NCBI RefSeq assembly: GCF_009914755.1
Contig: NC_060938.1
Source: the human T2T-CHM13v2.0 reference genome, Homo sapiens
Strand: one strand, 5' to 3'
Length of the DNA stretch: 64,000 bases
Numbering within the stretch: the first letter of the stretch is position 1; the number at the start of each line of letters is the position of its first letter. Shown piece by piece: positions 25,501-45,855 of this stretch. A program made the position numbers and the translations under genes. Under the pieces are notes generated by a model. That model had not been told where the DNA came from. It worked only from the letters and a program-made list of their open reading frames with translations, and ran no database searches.

Positions 25501-28500
25501 GCTATTTTGTTGTTGTTGTTTCAATTTCATTCAGTTCTGCTCTGATCTTGGTTATTTCCTTTTTTTTCTACTGGGTTTTTGTTTGGTTTGTCCTTGTTTC
25601 CCTAGTTCCTTGAGGTGTGACCTTAGATTATTTGTGCTCTTTCAGAGTTTTTGATGTAGGCATTTAGGGTCATGAACTTTCCTCTTAGCACTGCCTTTGC
25701 TGTATCCCAGAGGTTTTGATAAGTTGTGTTACTATTACAGTTCAGTTCAAATAATGTTTAAATTTCCATCTTGATTTCATTGTTGACCCAGTGATCCTTC
25801 AGGAGCAGGTCATTTTGTTTTCATGTATTTGCATGATTTTGAAGGTTCCTTTTAGAGTTGATTTCCAGTTCTATTCCACTGTGGTTTGAGAAAGTAATTG
25901 ATATAATTTCAATTTTCTTAAATTCATTGATACTTGTTTTGTGGCCTATCATATGGTTTATCTTGGACAATGTTCCATGTGCTGATGCATAGAATGTATA
26001 TTCTGTGGTTATTGGGTAGAATGTTCTGTAAACATCTGTTAAGTCCATTTGTTCCAGGATATATTTTAAACTCATTGTTTCTGTGTTGACTTTCTGTCTT
26101 GTTGACCTGTGTAGTGCTGTCAGTGGAATATTGAAGTCCCTCACTATTATTGTGTTGCTGTCTACCTCATTTCTTAGATCTAGTAGTAATTGTTTTATAA
26201 ATTTGGGAGCTCCAGTGTTGGGTGCATATATATTTAAGACTGTAATATTTTTGTGTTGGACAAGGCCTTTTATCATTATATAATGTCCCTCTTTATCTTT
26301 TTTAACTGCTGTTGCTTTAAAGTTTGTTTTGTCTGATATAAGTATAGCCACTTCTGTTTGCTTTTAGTGTCTATTTGCATAGAATGTCTATTTCCACCCC
26401 TTTACCTTACATTTATGTGAGTCCTTGTGTGCTAGGTGAGTCTCTTGAAGGCAGCAGATACTTGGTTGGTGAATTCTTATCCATTCTGCCATTCCGCATC
26501 TTTTAAGCTGAGCATTTAGGCCATTTCCATTCAACATTAGTATTGAGATGTGAGGTAGTATTCCATTCATCATGCTATTTGCTGCCTGTATACCTTGCTT
26601 TTTTAATTGTATTTTTGTTTTATAGGTCCTGTAGGATTTATGTTTTAAAGAGGGTCTGTTTTTATGTGTTTCCAGGATTTGTTTCAAGATTTAGAGCTCC
26701 TTTTAGCAGTTCTTGTAGTGCTGGCTTGGTAGTGGTGAATTCTCTCAGCATTTGTTTGTCTGAAAAAGACTGTATCTTTCCTTCATGTATGAAGCTTAGT
26801 TTCACTGGATACAAAATTCTTAGCCGATAATTGTTTTGTTTAAGGAGGTTGAAGACAGAGCCCCAATCCCTTCTAGTCTGTTCTGTAGGGTTTCTACTGA
26901 GAAATCTGCTGTTAATCTGACAGGTTTTCCTGTATATCTTACCTGACTATTTTGCCTCACAGCTCTTAAGATTCTTTCCTTCATCTTGGCTTTAGATAAC
27001 CTGAAGACAGTGTGCCCAGATGATGATCTTTTTGTGATGAATTTCCCAGGTGTTCTTTGAGCATCTTGTATTTGGATGTCTAGGTCTCTAGCAAGACCAG
27101 GGAACTTTTCCACAATTATTCCCCCAAATATGTTTTCCAAACTTTTAGATTTCTCTTCTTCCTCAGGAATGCCAATTATTCTTAGGTTTTGTCACTTAAC
27201 ATAATCTCAAACTTCTCGGAGGCTTTGTTCTTTTTTTCTTATTCTTTTTTCTTTGTCTTTGTTGGATTGGGTTCCTTTGAAAACTTTGTCTTTGAGCTCT
27301 GAAGTTCTTTCTTCTGCTTCTTTGATTCTATTCCTGAAACTTTCCAGAACATTTTGCATTTCTCTCAGTGCTCTCCTTTATTTCCTAAAGGGTTGATTTT
27401 TATTTATGCTATTCCTTCACTAAAGATTTCTCCCCTCATTTCTTATGTATTTTTTTTATTTCCTTAAATTGGACTTCACCTTTCTCTGGTGGCTCCTTGA
27501 TTAGCTTAATAACTGACCTTCTGAATTCTTTTTCAGGTAAATCAGGGATTTCTTTTTTGTTTGGTGGTGAGCTAGTGTGATTTTTTGAGGGTGTTAAAGA
27601 ACCTTGTTTTGTCATGTTACCAGCACTGTTTTTCTGCTTCCTTCTCATTTGGATAGCCTATGTCAGAGGGAAGATCTAGGGCTCAAGGCTGCTGTTCAGA
27701 TTCGTTTGTCCCATGGGGTGCTCCCTTGATGTAGTACTCTCACCCCTTTCCTAGGGATGTGGCTTCCTGAGAGCCAAACTGTGGTGATTGTTATCTGGAT
27801 CTAGTCACCCAGCAGGTCTACCAGGCTCTGGGCTGGTACTGGGGATTGTCTGCATAGAGTCCTGTGGTGTGAACCATCTGCAGGTCTCTCAGCCATGGAT
27901 ACCAGCACCTGTTCTGGTGGAGATGGCAGGGGGGTGAAATGGATTCTGTGAAGATCCTTAGTTTTTGTTGTTTAATGCACTATTTTTGTGCTGGTTGGCC
28001 TCCTGCCAGAAGGTGACACTTTTTGAGAGAGCATCAGTTGTGGTAGTATAGGAAGAACCAGGCTGTGGGTAGGGCCTTAGAACTCTCAAGAGTATATGCC
28101 CTTTGTCTTCAGCTACCAGAATGGGTAGGGAAGGACCATGGGGGGAGGGGGGCAGGGCTGTGTGTGTCTGAGCTCAGACTCTCTTTGGGCAGGGCTTGCT
28201 ATGTCTGCTGTGGGGAATGGGGGTGTGGTTCCCAGGTCAATGGAGCTGTTCCCAGGAGAATTATGGCTGCCTCTGCTGTGTCATGCAAGTTGTCAGGGAA
28301 GTGGGGGAAAGCCAGCAGTTACAGGCCTCACCCAGCTCCCACACAACCCAAAAGACCAGTCTCACTCCCACCATGTCCCCCCAAACAGCACCAAGTTTGT
28401 TTATAGGCAGTGGGCAGGAAGGGCTGAGAACTTGCCCCAGGCTACCAGCCTCCCACTTATGAGAACAAGTAGGGCTTTCACGCCTATCGGCCTGTGGAGT

Positions 28501-29085
28501 CTGCACACCAGATTCAGGCCCTCCCTTGAGTTCTGGCCAGGAGACTTCCTGTTCAGTTGGAATTGTTACAAGGTTCAGCTGGGGGTTTCCTTCTCCCTGT
28601 GGTCTTTTCCCAGTATTTCTGGCAGCCCTCCCCAAGAACACCCATGAGACAACTCTGAAATAGCTTTCTGAGGGTGGAAAACCCACAGGCTTTTCCTGCT
28701 GCTTCCTCTACCCCTATATTTTGCTTGGCTCTCTAAATTGACTCAGCTCCAGATAAGGTCAGATCCTTCTCCCATGATCTAGACCTTCAGGTGCCCCAGT
28801 GAGGGTGTGTGTTCAGTGACAGAAAATCCACCTTTCCCACTTTCACAGCTTGGGCACTCACAATATTTGGACTGTCTCTTGGGTTCTGCAGGAGCAACCT
28901 CCTTCCTTCAGAGGGTTTGTGGGTTCTCTCGGCTTTCCTGGTTTATTCCTGCATTAGTTCTGAAGCAAAGGGTGAAGATGCGAGTGTTGAACCTTTGAAA
29001 TTTTTTTCAAAGGTCCACACAGTGCTCTGTCCAAGTGCGAGCTGCAATCTAGTCTTGCCTTCCGTCTGCCACTTTTCCCCCTCTT
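22560..29085 (-). mobile_element. Near-full-length L1PB-type LINE-1 (L1PB1-like), inactivated
   Basis: 3' end resembles L1PB1. Broken ORF2 fragments include the endonuclease (25821..26351) and the RT-region [30 protein letters not shown]1 fragments at 26820..27140 and 27436..27648. GC-richer 5'UTR to about 29083. Degenerate TSD aggctgtattcttt (22549-22562) / aggctatgttcttt (29099-29112). Confidence 0.93.
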
Positions 29086-29235
29086 TTTTTTTTCTTTTAG
29101 GCTATGTTCTTTATTGGTCACCCTCACCGCAAGAATGTGAGAGAGGCACAGTCATCCCTACTTTGTAGATGGGAAACTGAGGCTCTGTGAGGTTAAGTCA
29201 CTTGCTCATTAAGTGGACGGATGGGGCCACACTCA

Positions 29236-29639
<404 letters not shown>

Positions 29640-29984
29640 TCACAAACAGAGAAAGACCTTTCTTCTTACTACTTTGAGAAACCTGTGAAGTGAAATCATT
29701 GGCTCATGATCACCCATGTCTCCCAAGTAAGTAGAACACGCTTAGAATTAAATGAGTATTTATTTATGAGAGAATCTCTTCATGACAAAATTGAAGTGAC
29801 TTTTAAGTTCTTCTTTGCAGATTTTTGTATTCTCCAAATTTCTTACAAAGAGCATGCATCTTATTCATAATTAAAAACAATAAAACATTATTGTTGGAAA
29901 GTAGAATGATTTAATAGTACAAGTAAATCTCATCCTAAAATAAAAGGTCATTGAGGTTGGCACAGTGGTTCCAATCAAGGCACT

Positions 29985-30485
29985 TGTAAAACATAAAGTC
30001 TCCTAGGAGGTCGAACCTGATTCCCTAAATGGGGTGGAGGTGCAGGTGCCCATGGGTCTGCATTTGCCACTCTTGCCTTGAGTGAAACTTTCATGCGATG
30101 CTGTAATACTCATGCTTGATATTCTGTGACTGATGATTTTGCATCTTGAAATGATGGCCCAAACTAACGGCCACAGTTGATTATGTTCATGCCCTCTCTG
30201 TGTTTTCATGGGCATGCAAGAATCATTTTACAAATTCTCCAACCACAAGCCTCAACCTCTATACTTCACTTCCTGCCCAATAGGGATGTCCCACCTAACC
30301 ACTCCCCACACTGCAGTACTAAAGTCTCTGGCCACATGTTCCTCTCGCTCCTGTGCCTCTGGACCAGCCCCGGTGCTTCCCCGTGTGGCCCTGTGTGGTG
30401 GGGCAGGCCCCTTCCTCTTGGGTGCTCAAAGTAATAAACTCTTCTTTCAAAGGCAGATGTCTCTGTCTGTCACCTTACCATACCC
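29985..30485 (+). mobile_element. Probable old ERVL LTR (MER73/MER74/MER54-like)
   Basis: cttccccgtgtggccctg motif followed by gtaataaactcttc. Family and edges uncertain. Confidence 0.35.
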
Positions 30486-32258
30486 AGTGGAAATGATTTC
30501 AAAACAAAATGTGAGGTACATTTAAAAACAAATGCGAAGGATTGGCATTTCAAAAAACAGAGCTGGGACCTCAGCAAGTTGATAGAAAATGTCCCACGGC
30601 TGTTTTTGTATCTGCTTGCCAATGCAAGTCTGAGTGGGCACCAGGTTGCCACCTAAGCTTGCTTTCACTGTAAAGTGCCACTGGAAGCAAGGCTGTCGGA
30701 GGGATGCTGACAGCCGTCACCCACTGCTGACTACTTGGGGTTCCTCATAGTTTCTGGAAAAAACTAGTTGTGAACAACAAGTGTCATTAGTCACTTCTTC
30801 ACACCTACTATCTCCTTTGTGCTACTGTAGGACATCTTCTTGCCTACTCTGCAGGAGGCTGGAGCCATGTCTGAGCAGGTATGTTCCTTCCTGGGAAGGA
30901 TGCCTGGCTTCTCCACTGTGGCCTTTATAATGGAGAGCCTGAGGGAAGAGCATTGTGTATAAAACAAACCTTGCTTCAGGCAGCGTTGCGGGAGCCCTTC
31001 ATAACTGGCCATTGGTCCTTGTTCTAAGTCAGCACAGGAAGGCCCTGTGGCTTAGGTTAGTTGTTTTTACTCTTTGAGTGTCAGCTCTTCTGTTTTTGTT
31101 TTTTGTTTGTTTGTTTGTTTTTGTTGTTTTGAGACAGGGCCTTGCTCTGTTGCCCAGGCTGGAGTGCAGTGGCAGCTTGTTCTGTTTGTGAAATAAAGTG
31201 GGAGCGTGAGGGCCAGGGGGTTAGGTTCCCCTGGGACTTCTGCCAGCTCTCCAGCATAACTCCTTTCTGTTTTGTTTCTTTCCTTATAAAATAGCATGAG
31301 AAAGCCTACATGAGGTCCCTGGCACATCCGAGGTGTGTGGGGCACCGGGGCCCCCAGAAGAGGATCCTTTGGATCTGATGGGAGCAAGGGCTCTACTGAG
31401 GCTGCCAGAGATGCCCTCGGTAATGGGGGTGACATAGAGGTGCCAGCACAGCCTGTCAGGCAACGAGGGAAGGAGGGACGGTGGGTCGGACTCAAAGGAC
31501 ACGAGCTGCCTTTGCTGTAGTGCAACCGTGGCCCATTGCTCATTGTGCTGCTCTCAGGACTCAGAGTATGGAAGCGGGACCATTGCCGTTACAAACCCGC
31601 AGGGAAGGGGCTGAGCACCCGGAGGGCTGTGTGTGCACACATGACGTCATCGGAGTCAGGAAGGCAGCCAGCCGCGAGGAGATGGGAAACTGGTCCACGG
31701 CACCCGGGGAGACCTTCACAGCCCACGCATTAGCCCTCGTCAGCCGGTGTCCCGGCGCTCCCCACAAACCCAGACTCTCTCCTTGGCTAACAATGGCCTC
31801 CACCAGCCGACCTCTTTGAGCCTCTGTGTTCTCATTTCTTCCATCTGCCACACATGATGCCACAAGGTCCCTGCTCTGTCTCTCCAACATGCCACTCATT
31901 CCTGACTCACAGCCTTCATGCTCACACCCCTCCCTTGTCCTATCCTCACTCTCAGTCATCCTGTTCAATGCCTTCATGGCACTTATCATAAGCTCTTACG
32001 ATCATGTTTATAGGTCTGGTTTCATTGTTGCTGTAGGGGGGTCTGTCTCCCCCATTTAGGCCTAACAGGCCAGGAATCTTGTCTGTCTGATTTACTCCTA
32101 ACATATGTTAAGTGTTCAATAAATTTTTGCTGAATAAATGAAGGAAAAAAATCATGCAGCCTCTGAGATGTCATGGGATGACAGCCCAGCCATCGCGAGT
32201 TCGCTAGTAAATCATTTTCAGATTAGGACTCTGTTGACAGATGAATTCATATTTTAGT

Positions 32259-32264
32259 TTTATT
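32259..32264 (-). terminator. Polyadenylation signal AATAAA for SERPINA9
   Basis: tttatt on the + strand, about 340 nt downstream of the stop codon. Confidence 0.7.
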
Positions 32265-32605
32265 GAATGTGTTATTGTAATTCTGCAATAGAGGTGCCTA
32301 ACCTGGGTTGGCGTATTTCCATTCCTGGGAGCCCCAAGGAATGGAAATATGGTAACCCAGCAACATCCCATGAAGCTAGTTACCTGGGAGAATTTGTGGA
32401 AAAGGGCACTGACTGGGGTTAATGGGTGTTGGCTTGTGACTGGGGTCCCTGTTGATGGTTTGGTGATTGAGCCTTGGAAGTGGCATCCCTGCCAGCGAAT
32501 CCAGCTCCACTGGGGTCAAATGCACCCTCAGAACAGAAAGAGTGATGTGGTTTGTTATTTCTTGTGCATTAGCAATGTGCCATCAGTTAACAGGCCATTT
32601 CCCAC

Positions 32606-39342
<6,737 letters not shown>

Positions 39343-42300
39343 TTTGGAACAAAATATGTCTGCAAGAGAAGTAAGAACCATTGAGGGGGTAAACTGAGGG
39401 TCCAGGCCCTGAATCAGAGACCCTTTAACACCCCCACGCCATCAGCAGCAGAATGAGGACAGATAGGCCAGTTAGCAGAGCTCTCTCACATAATCTCTGA
39501 GCCTCACAATATTCCCATGATGTAGATCTTATTATTGCTGTTTTACTTGCAAATGAGTAAACAGGCCACAGAGAGTCTGTGCAACTTACCCCAAATAGCA
39601 TGGTTGACTTGTCTGTGTTCTGTGTGGGCTTCAAAGTCAGGTCTCAAATTCCAAATCCCATGCTTTTTGATGTTTCTGCTTCATGGACTTATTTTTTAAG
39701 AATTGAGTATGTGAACCCAGATTGCATTAGCAGCCAGAAGTGGTTTCTCACCCTTTGGAGGTCCCTCCACACATTCTTTATCCATTTTGTGTAGATCTGA
39801 TTATTTTCTCACCCTGGCTGCCTGTTCCCAGACACAGGCATTTTACTAATGTGTTCATATCTCTCAAAAAGTGGAAACCTGGAGCAAAAGGCTGTCCTTT
39901 TTGCTGTGCTCCTTCAGGTGCCCTGAGCACTGGCAGTCAGTTGCTGATGAGCTGCAGTTCTAGTCACATCTGTCTGCTTCCCCTTCAAGCCTCAGCTGAC
40001 ATGGCTTTGGCCCCAAGGAGACTTCAGACTAAATGACCTGATAGCAATTTCAAACCCCAACAGGGCTGGGCTTGAATCTAACCCTGACATTCGTGGTGGA
40101 CAAGTAACCTCTCTGGACTTCTCTGTTTTGCCTTTGTAAAACAGAGATAGTTACCTTACAGAGTTGTTCAGAGGACTGAGTGTGATAAGGCACAAATTGT
40201 GCAGCACGGGACCCAGCACATGGTGAGCGCTGAATACATTACTTTTACTGTTGTTTTGTTGAAGTCAGAGAGAATTTGATTGGAGCAACTCTATCAAGTA
40301 CTGCTCACAGGTCTCCCCAGCCCTGCCTACAGCACCCTCACCTGTTCAGTTTCATCAGAAAGATTTCATTTCCTTTAACACAACTTTACAGAGGAGCTCC
40401 AACCCTGTGCGTTGACCCTGAGATACAACAGTAAGTGGTCATTTTAGAGAAGGAAGGTGTATGAATCCAATGCAAGGCCAGGGGAGGTCTGTGCTCAGCC
40501 AGAGGGGAAAGCAAAGCAGGTGTGTGCTCCAATAGGTCACATCCGTCTGAAGGCTTTTCTCTCCTCACAAATTTTATAATTTCCCCCCCATGACCTGGAT
40601 GTCCTTCCCCCCATCATCCTTTTCACAAGCACAGTGCCTTCATAATCCCCCTTGCCCTTCATCAGACTTTGCTCTTTAGTCATTTATACTACAGTGTGAA
40701 TGGCTGCCACCAACTCTTCTCCTAGGAGCACCGGCATGAAGTGTTACTCCTGATTGTGAAGGAAAGACTTTACCCACTGGAACAAGAATTCAGTCAATAA
40801 GTGAACAATTATTTTGCCAGAAATGGAGAAGGAAAAGATAAGAGAACCTTTGCCAAAAGCGACAAAAATATTGCCACACATAGTCACTTGTCTATGTCAG
40901 ACCAAGCATAATGTGACAGCCACATTCCCAACAATTTCTCTGTGGAAATGAAATATGTAAATGAATCACATTTTATTATACCAGATATAATTTAACTTAG
41001 ATGGAACTTTATAAAGAACCCTTTTACTGAATGAGTAATTCTTTTGCAAAACTGTTCATTTCTCTCCATTTCCACTTATGTGATTGGCGATTTCTGTTGT
41101 GTAGTTTTGTATTTGCCTGTTTGACTAAAGTGGAATTTTCTTTCTAAGTTACATTCGCATCCATCCATCCACCTACTGGACTCTTTGCCAACCTGTTCTG
41201 AACTGACCTCCAGAGCTGCCCCCACCCTGAGTGCCCCATCTCTCCCTTTCTCCAAGAAGGCCATTTTACCCATGCTGCCATCTTCCAAGTCAGGAGACTG
41301 ATGGCCACTCTGCACTCTTCGGCCACCCTCCTTCCCCACATCGTTCTTCCTCCCCGAGACATCGCAAGCCCCAGCTTCTCTCCATCTCTTTGCTTTTCCC
41401 TTGGTCCAAACCCTCCTTATCTCTCCCCTGGACAATCCTGAAGGCTTCTGGACTCATCTCCCTCCTCTGGTCATGCTTCCTCAAAACGTTTTTCTTAAGA
41501 AACTTCACCAATTTGACTCTGCACAGAGACGATCTACTGGGAGATAGAAGTGTTGGGGCTACAATGGGGGACAGATAGCCAGGGTCCTGGCTCTTAAAGA
41601 GTTCTCTGGGAACCCTATGACATGTGGCCTTGAGAGTTGACTGCTTCCCCTCTCTTCGGCCCCACTGCTGGCCAGTGAATTTATCTGCAGCCTCTGCAGT
41701 CAACACCAATAGCAACAGCCCAGGGTCCACCTCCCTCCCTTCTCTTCCCACTCACCTACCCCTTGCTCAGGCATAGCATACTCTGCTACAAATGCCCCTC
41801 CTGGATGCCACCTTCCTTTGCTAATGGAAAAGCCCTTGTTTCTCACTCTGGAAGACTCTACTTAGCTATTACCGGCTTGAGAGGCCCTCCCTGGCTCCCC
41901 TCTCCTGTTGTGACTTCATCACTCTCTCCCTTCTCTCTTCTGGCACTTCTGAAATTTACTCGACTTCTATTACCAAATGGATTATCACTGACCACACGCA
42001 TGCCTTTAGATAATCTCTAGGTTCTTTGAATGTGTAATTTATGCATTTGGTCCATTGGGTTGAACATGTACGCTTATTATGCAGGTACTATAGGAGGTGT
42101 TGGGGCTACAATGAGGGACAGAGAGACAGGGTCCTTGTTCTTAAGGAGCCCACTGGGAAGACAGACAATTAGCAAACACCACTAGACACAAGAAGTGTGT
42201 GTGTGTGATGAGTAAGTACAGGCATTGGGAACACCTATTCCATAACAAGAAAGGCTTCCAGTGGAAGTGGCAGCTGATTGAAACTTGAAAAATGTTAGCA

Positions 42301-42745
42301 AGGTAAAAGGGAAAAGCAGAGAAGAGAGAGATTCAGGCTGGGAGGACCACCTGTGCAAGGGCCCAGAGGGAACCAGAGCCAGGCAGCTTTGAGGAACAGA
42401 AAAGGTTCTGACACAGATTTCAGCACCACAGAAGCCGGCAGGAAGGGCTGGGGAGCAGGAGAGACCAGCTGCCGAGAGAGGGGGCCCCATGCAGGGATGT
42501 GCGGACTTGGTTCTGTGCCCTGGAACCCACTGGGGGATGGCTGCAGAGAACCTCAGCAGCAGAGAATTCTCAAGACTATCCCTGCACCTGTCTGTGTTCC
42601 TCATTGCTCTACACACCTGCTTCCTGTCCTCCTTCCCCCTTCCCCCACCAGCACGGAAAAGTGCCCAATGTATGGGCTCAGTAGACACTTGGTGTGCTGC
42701 CCTGAGATGGAGAAGCATTTACACCAGCCTCAGAACTGGGGTGGT

Positions 42746-43040
<295 letters not shown>

Positions 43041-44919
43041 GCAACAACAACAAAAAACCAGGGAGGTGAAATGAAGGAGGCCTCCTGGAATATAAGACTG
43101 AAACCCTGAGTTTCTCTTATTTGATGAGCTCTGTGACAGACTGGGGCTCTTCAGGACGCCGTGTAAGAGTGTGGCATCTGCAGGCTTCCCTGTGACAAGC
43201 TGGGGTCTACTGTGTTAACTTGGGGTCTGCAGGCCCTCTAGCCTCAATGGTGAAGTGGCAGCACTTGATCTTGACGGCCACTCAGAAGTCAGAGCCTAAG
43301 CAAGATCATGGTTCCCCTCCTAACCTCAGAGCAGTACTTTCTGTTTAGAGAACAGCATTGTCCTCGAATTGCTTCATCTTCTGAATTGCGTCAACCCTGA
43401 TCTGTAAGGAGGGCAGTTCTGAGGAAGGGCGAGACAACGTCTGCAGAACGCCCAGTGCGGCATCCAGCCCATGGTGGGCAGGAGACCAAAGCTGCATCTC
43501 TCTTGTGGCTCTTATGATTTTGTGTCCCTCCCTTGGAATCAGGGTGAAGGAATAGGATTGTCCCTGGCTATTCATGACCATGGGAGAGGAGACCAGGTTG
43601 AAGGAAGAGGACATCAGCCACATGGAGGGGAAGCGGGTGCTGCCAGGCGCCAGGATGCCACAAGCACCAGGGGTCTGTGCCCCTTTCTGTGGAGGCTGGC
43701 AGTGGGGCAGGTGGCTCTCAGGGGGCCCCCACTGACGCTGGGTTGTGCCTCCTAAAGAATCCGCATTCCCATCAGCAGAGGTGGCCTATTAGACGCGGCC
43801 TCCACGCCCCAAGTCTTGTTTCTTTTGGGCTTGGGTTGAGTAGGGGAGACCCACCTGAAGTCGGGGAGTTGGCTAGTAAATGTCCTGAGTCATCGATGGT
43901 ACTGGCCTCCATGTGACTTCAGGTAAGTCTCTGCTTTTCACAAGACTTCAGGAAGAGGTGGTCTCAAAAGGCCCTCTCTTCTGAGTCTGGGATCTATGTC
44001 TGAGGGCCCCCAGGTCATTGCTCTCTTGGGGGAAAACCGTGGCCAAAGCTCATTCAGTCAGCTCTTAAAATCCACCACACTCCCCACTTTGCTTCTCCCC
44101 ACCCTGAACTCCTGTCCTCCTGTGGCCACCCCTTCTCTCTCCCAGCCCTGCCAAGGCCCTTGCCCCTCTTTTGGCTGTGGCCCGGGTTTATGTGAGCGTT
44201 CGGCCAGGGGGCACTGCTCGTTGGGGTGACAGGGACACTCTGCCGTCCCCAGGGCTTGCCTCTTCTGGACCTCTCCCTCCCAGCTACCACAGCCTGCATT
44301 CCACCTTCCATTGTCTCTCACTCACTCCCATCTCCAAGCGCTCCTCCACCCTGCAGACAGGGTGACCTTTCCAGATGCTGATCTGGTGTATCACTCACCT
44401 CACCTCGAATTCCTCAATGGCTCCCCATTGAGCTCAGAAAAAATGCTCAAGCCCCTGACATTCAAGAGCTTTATTTATTGGGCCCTGACTCACCTCCCCA
44501 GCTGCATCTTTGAGGACCCAGCTGTTTGCATTCCTCAATTCCACCCCATCCCCTATCTTCGTTTGCCTCTTTATCCAGCTTGGGTGTCAAGGGCTTCATT
44601 TTAATCTACTGTGCTTCACCCCCAGGCCTGTGTCTTCATGTCCCAGCCCTGTGGCAAGGCTCCATGTGTGGTAGAACCTACCTGTCTGCTCCTTCCCTGC
44701 CAAGTGCTGCTGGAAGAGGGGTTCTGCAAGGCAGCCTCGTCCACTGTGGGTTCCCAACCACCAGCCTTTATCCACCCGGCAACATGTAACTCATCAGCTC
44801 ACTCTCCCATTTTCAGGGAAAAGCTTCACCTTTTCCATGTCCTTAACCTTTTTATTCCAGGGTGGAATGGATGCCCACCCTGCTACATGTGTGCTACATA
44901 TGCATGTGTGCCTACATGT

Positions 44920-44930
44920 GCACACACACA

Positions 44931-44963
<33 letters not shown>
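44920..44963. repeat. (CA)n microsatellite
   Basis: Directly visible. Confidence 0.95.
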
Positions 44964-45635
44964 TGAGCAGACAACCTTGCCTCCTATCTCACATAAAAGA
45001 GAGATCCTATGAAAAGGAATTGTCTCAACTTCCCTCAAAGGGCATCCTCTCTGCCTATCCCTACTTTCCCAGTCGCCCCTCTCTCTCCCCTACACCTCCA
45101 CTCCACCAATAAAGCAGAGGATCGGCCCTCCTTTGAGGTCCAGTCCCCCTTCCTGGGCCTTAGAAAGTATCTCTTCTCTCCATCTCAGGACCCTTCCACC
45201 TCTCTTTTCTGCACTTAAACACTCCCTCTCAAGCTGATCCTTGCTGTTAGTTTGGAAACTGTTCAAGTCTTGCTCGTTAAGACAAAGAAACCAACAACGA
45301 CACAACAACAAAAACACTCCTTTCACCCTCTCATTTGCTTCTAGCAGCTGCCCTATTTCAATACTCCTCCCCTTGTGGCCCAAATTTTCAAGAGCTGTGT
45401 ATTCATGGTCTCTGTGGCCTTACCTCCAACTCACTCACTGGTCCACTCCAGCCTGGCTTCTGTATCCACAAAAATGTGACCCAGATGCTACTAAAAGCCA
45501 ACTAATGTGTCTAGGTTCTCATCTTATTTGACTTCCCAGCTGCATTTGACACTAAAGACCATGCTCTGATCCAGTCCTTCCCTCTGGCTCAGTGACACCA
45601 CATTCCCGATCTCTCTGCACCTCCTCCTTACCCAC

Positions 45636-45672
45636 CTTTGCAGGTTCCTCTTCTCCTGCCCTGTCCTTGCAT
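45636..45672 (-). CDS. SERPINA9: SERPINA9 exon 1 coding part, the N-terminal extension of a 435-aa form (MQGQGRRRGTCK-D)
   Basis: CCAACC-ATG at 45672, then 37 nt to donor AAAG|GTGGGT. Splicing to 39359 gives MQGQGRRRGTCKDIFCSK-MASY in frame, matching the long SERPINA9 isoform as I recall it. Confidence 0.8.
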
Positions 45673-45781
45673 GGTTGGTGAGCCCTGACACTTGCTTACT
45701 TGGTTGTAGCTCTCTCCTCACTTTAATCTCTCCTCTCCCTCCAGCTGATCTCATGCCACGACACCCATGACTTCATTACTA

Positions 45782-45855
45782 AGACATGCAAATGATATAT
45801 TATTTTTATTCTCCAGCTAGACATGCAAATGATATATTATTTTTATTCTCCAGCT
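45782..45855. promoter_or_regulatory. Perfect 2 x 37-bp tandem duplication with two octamer motifs upstream of SERPINA9 exon 1
   Basis: agacatgcaaatgatatattatttttattctccagct at 45782-45818 and 45819-45855. ATGCAAAT at 45786-45793 and 45823-45830. The duplication is certain; function is inferred. Confidence 0.6.

Noticed and set aside
25821-27648. ORFs resembling an endonuclease and an RNA-binding protein
   Set aside because: Fragments of L1 ORF2/ORF1 broken by stops and frameshifts; a dead retroelement, not a novel system.
40342-40560. Candidate alternative SERPINA9 first exon (donor ACAG|GTGAGG at 40342/40341, nearby AGGTCA-type motifs)
   Set aside because: A single donor-like match in a 6-kb intron is expected by chance; nothing else in the sequence supports it.
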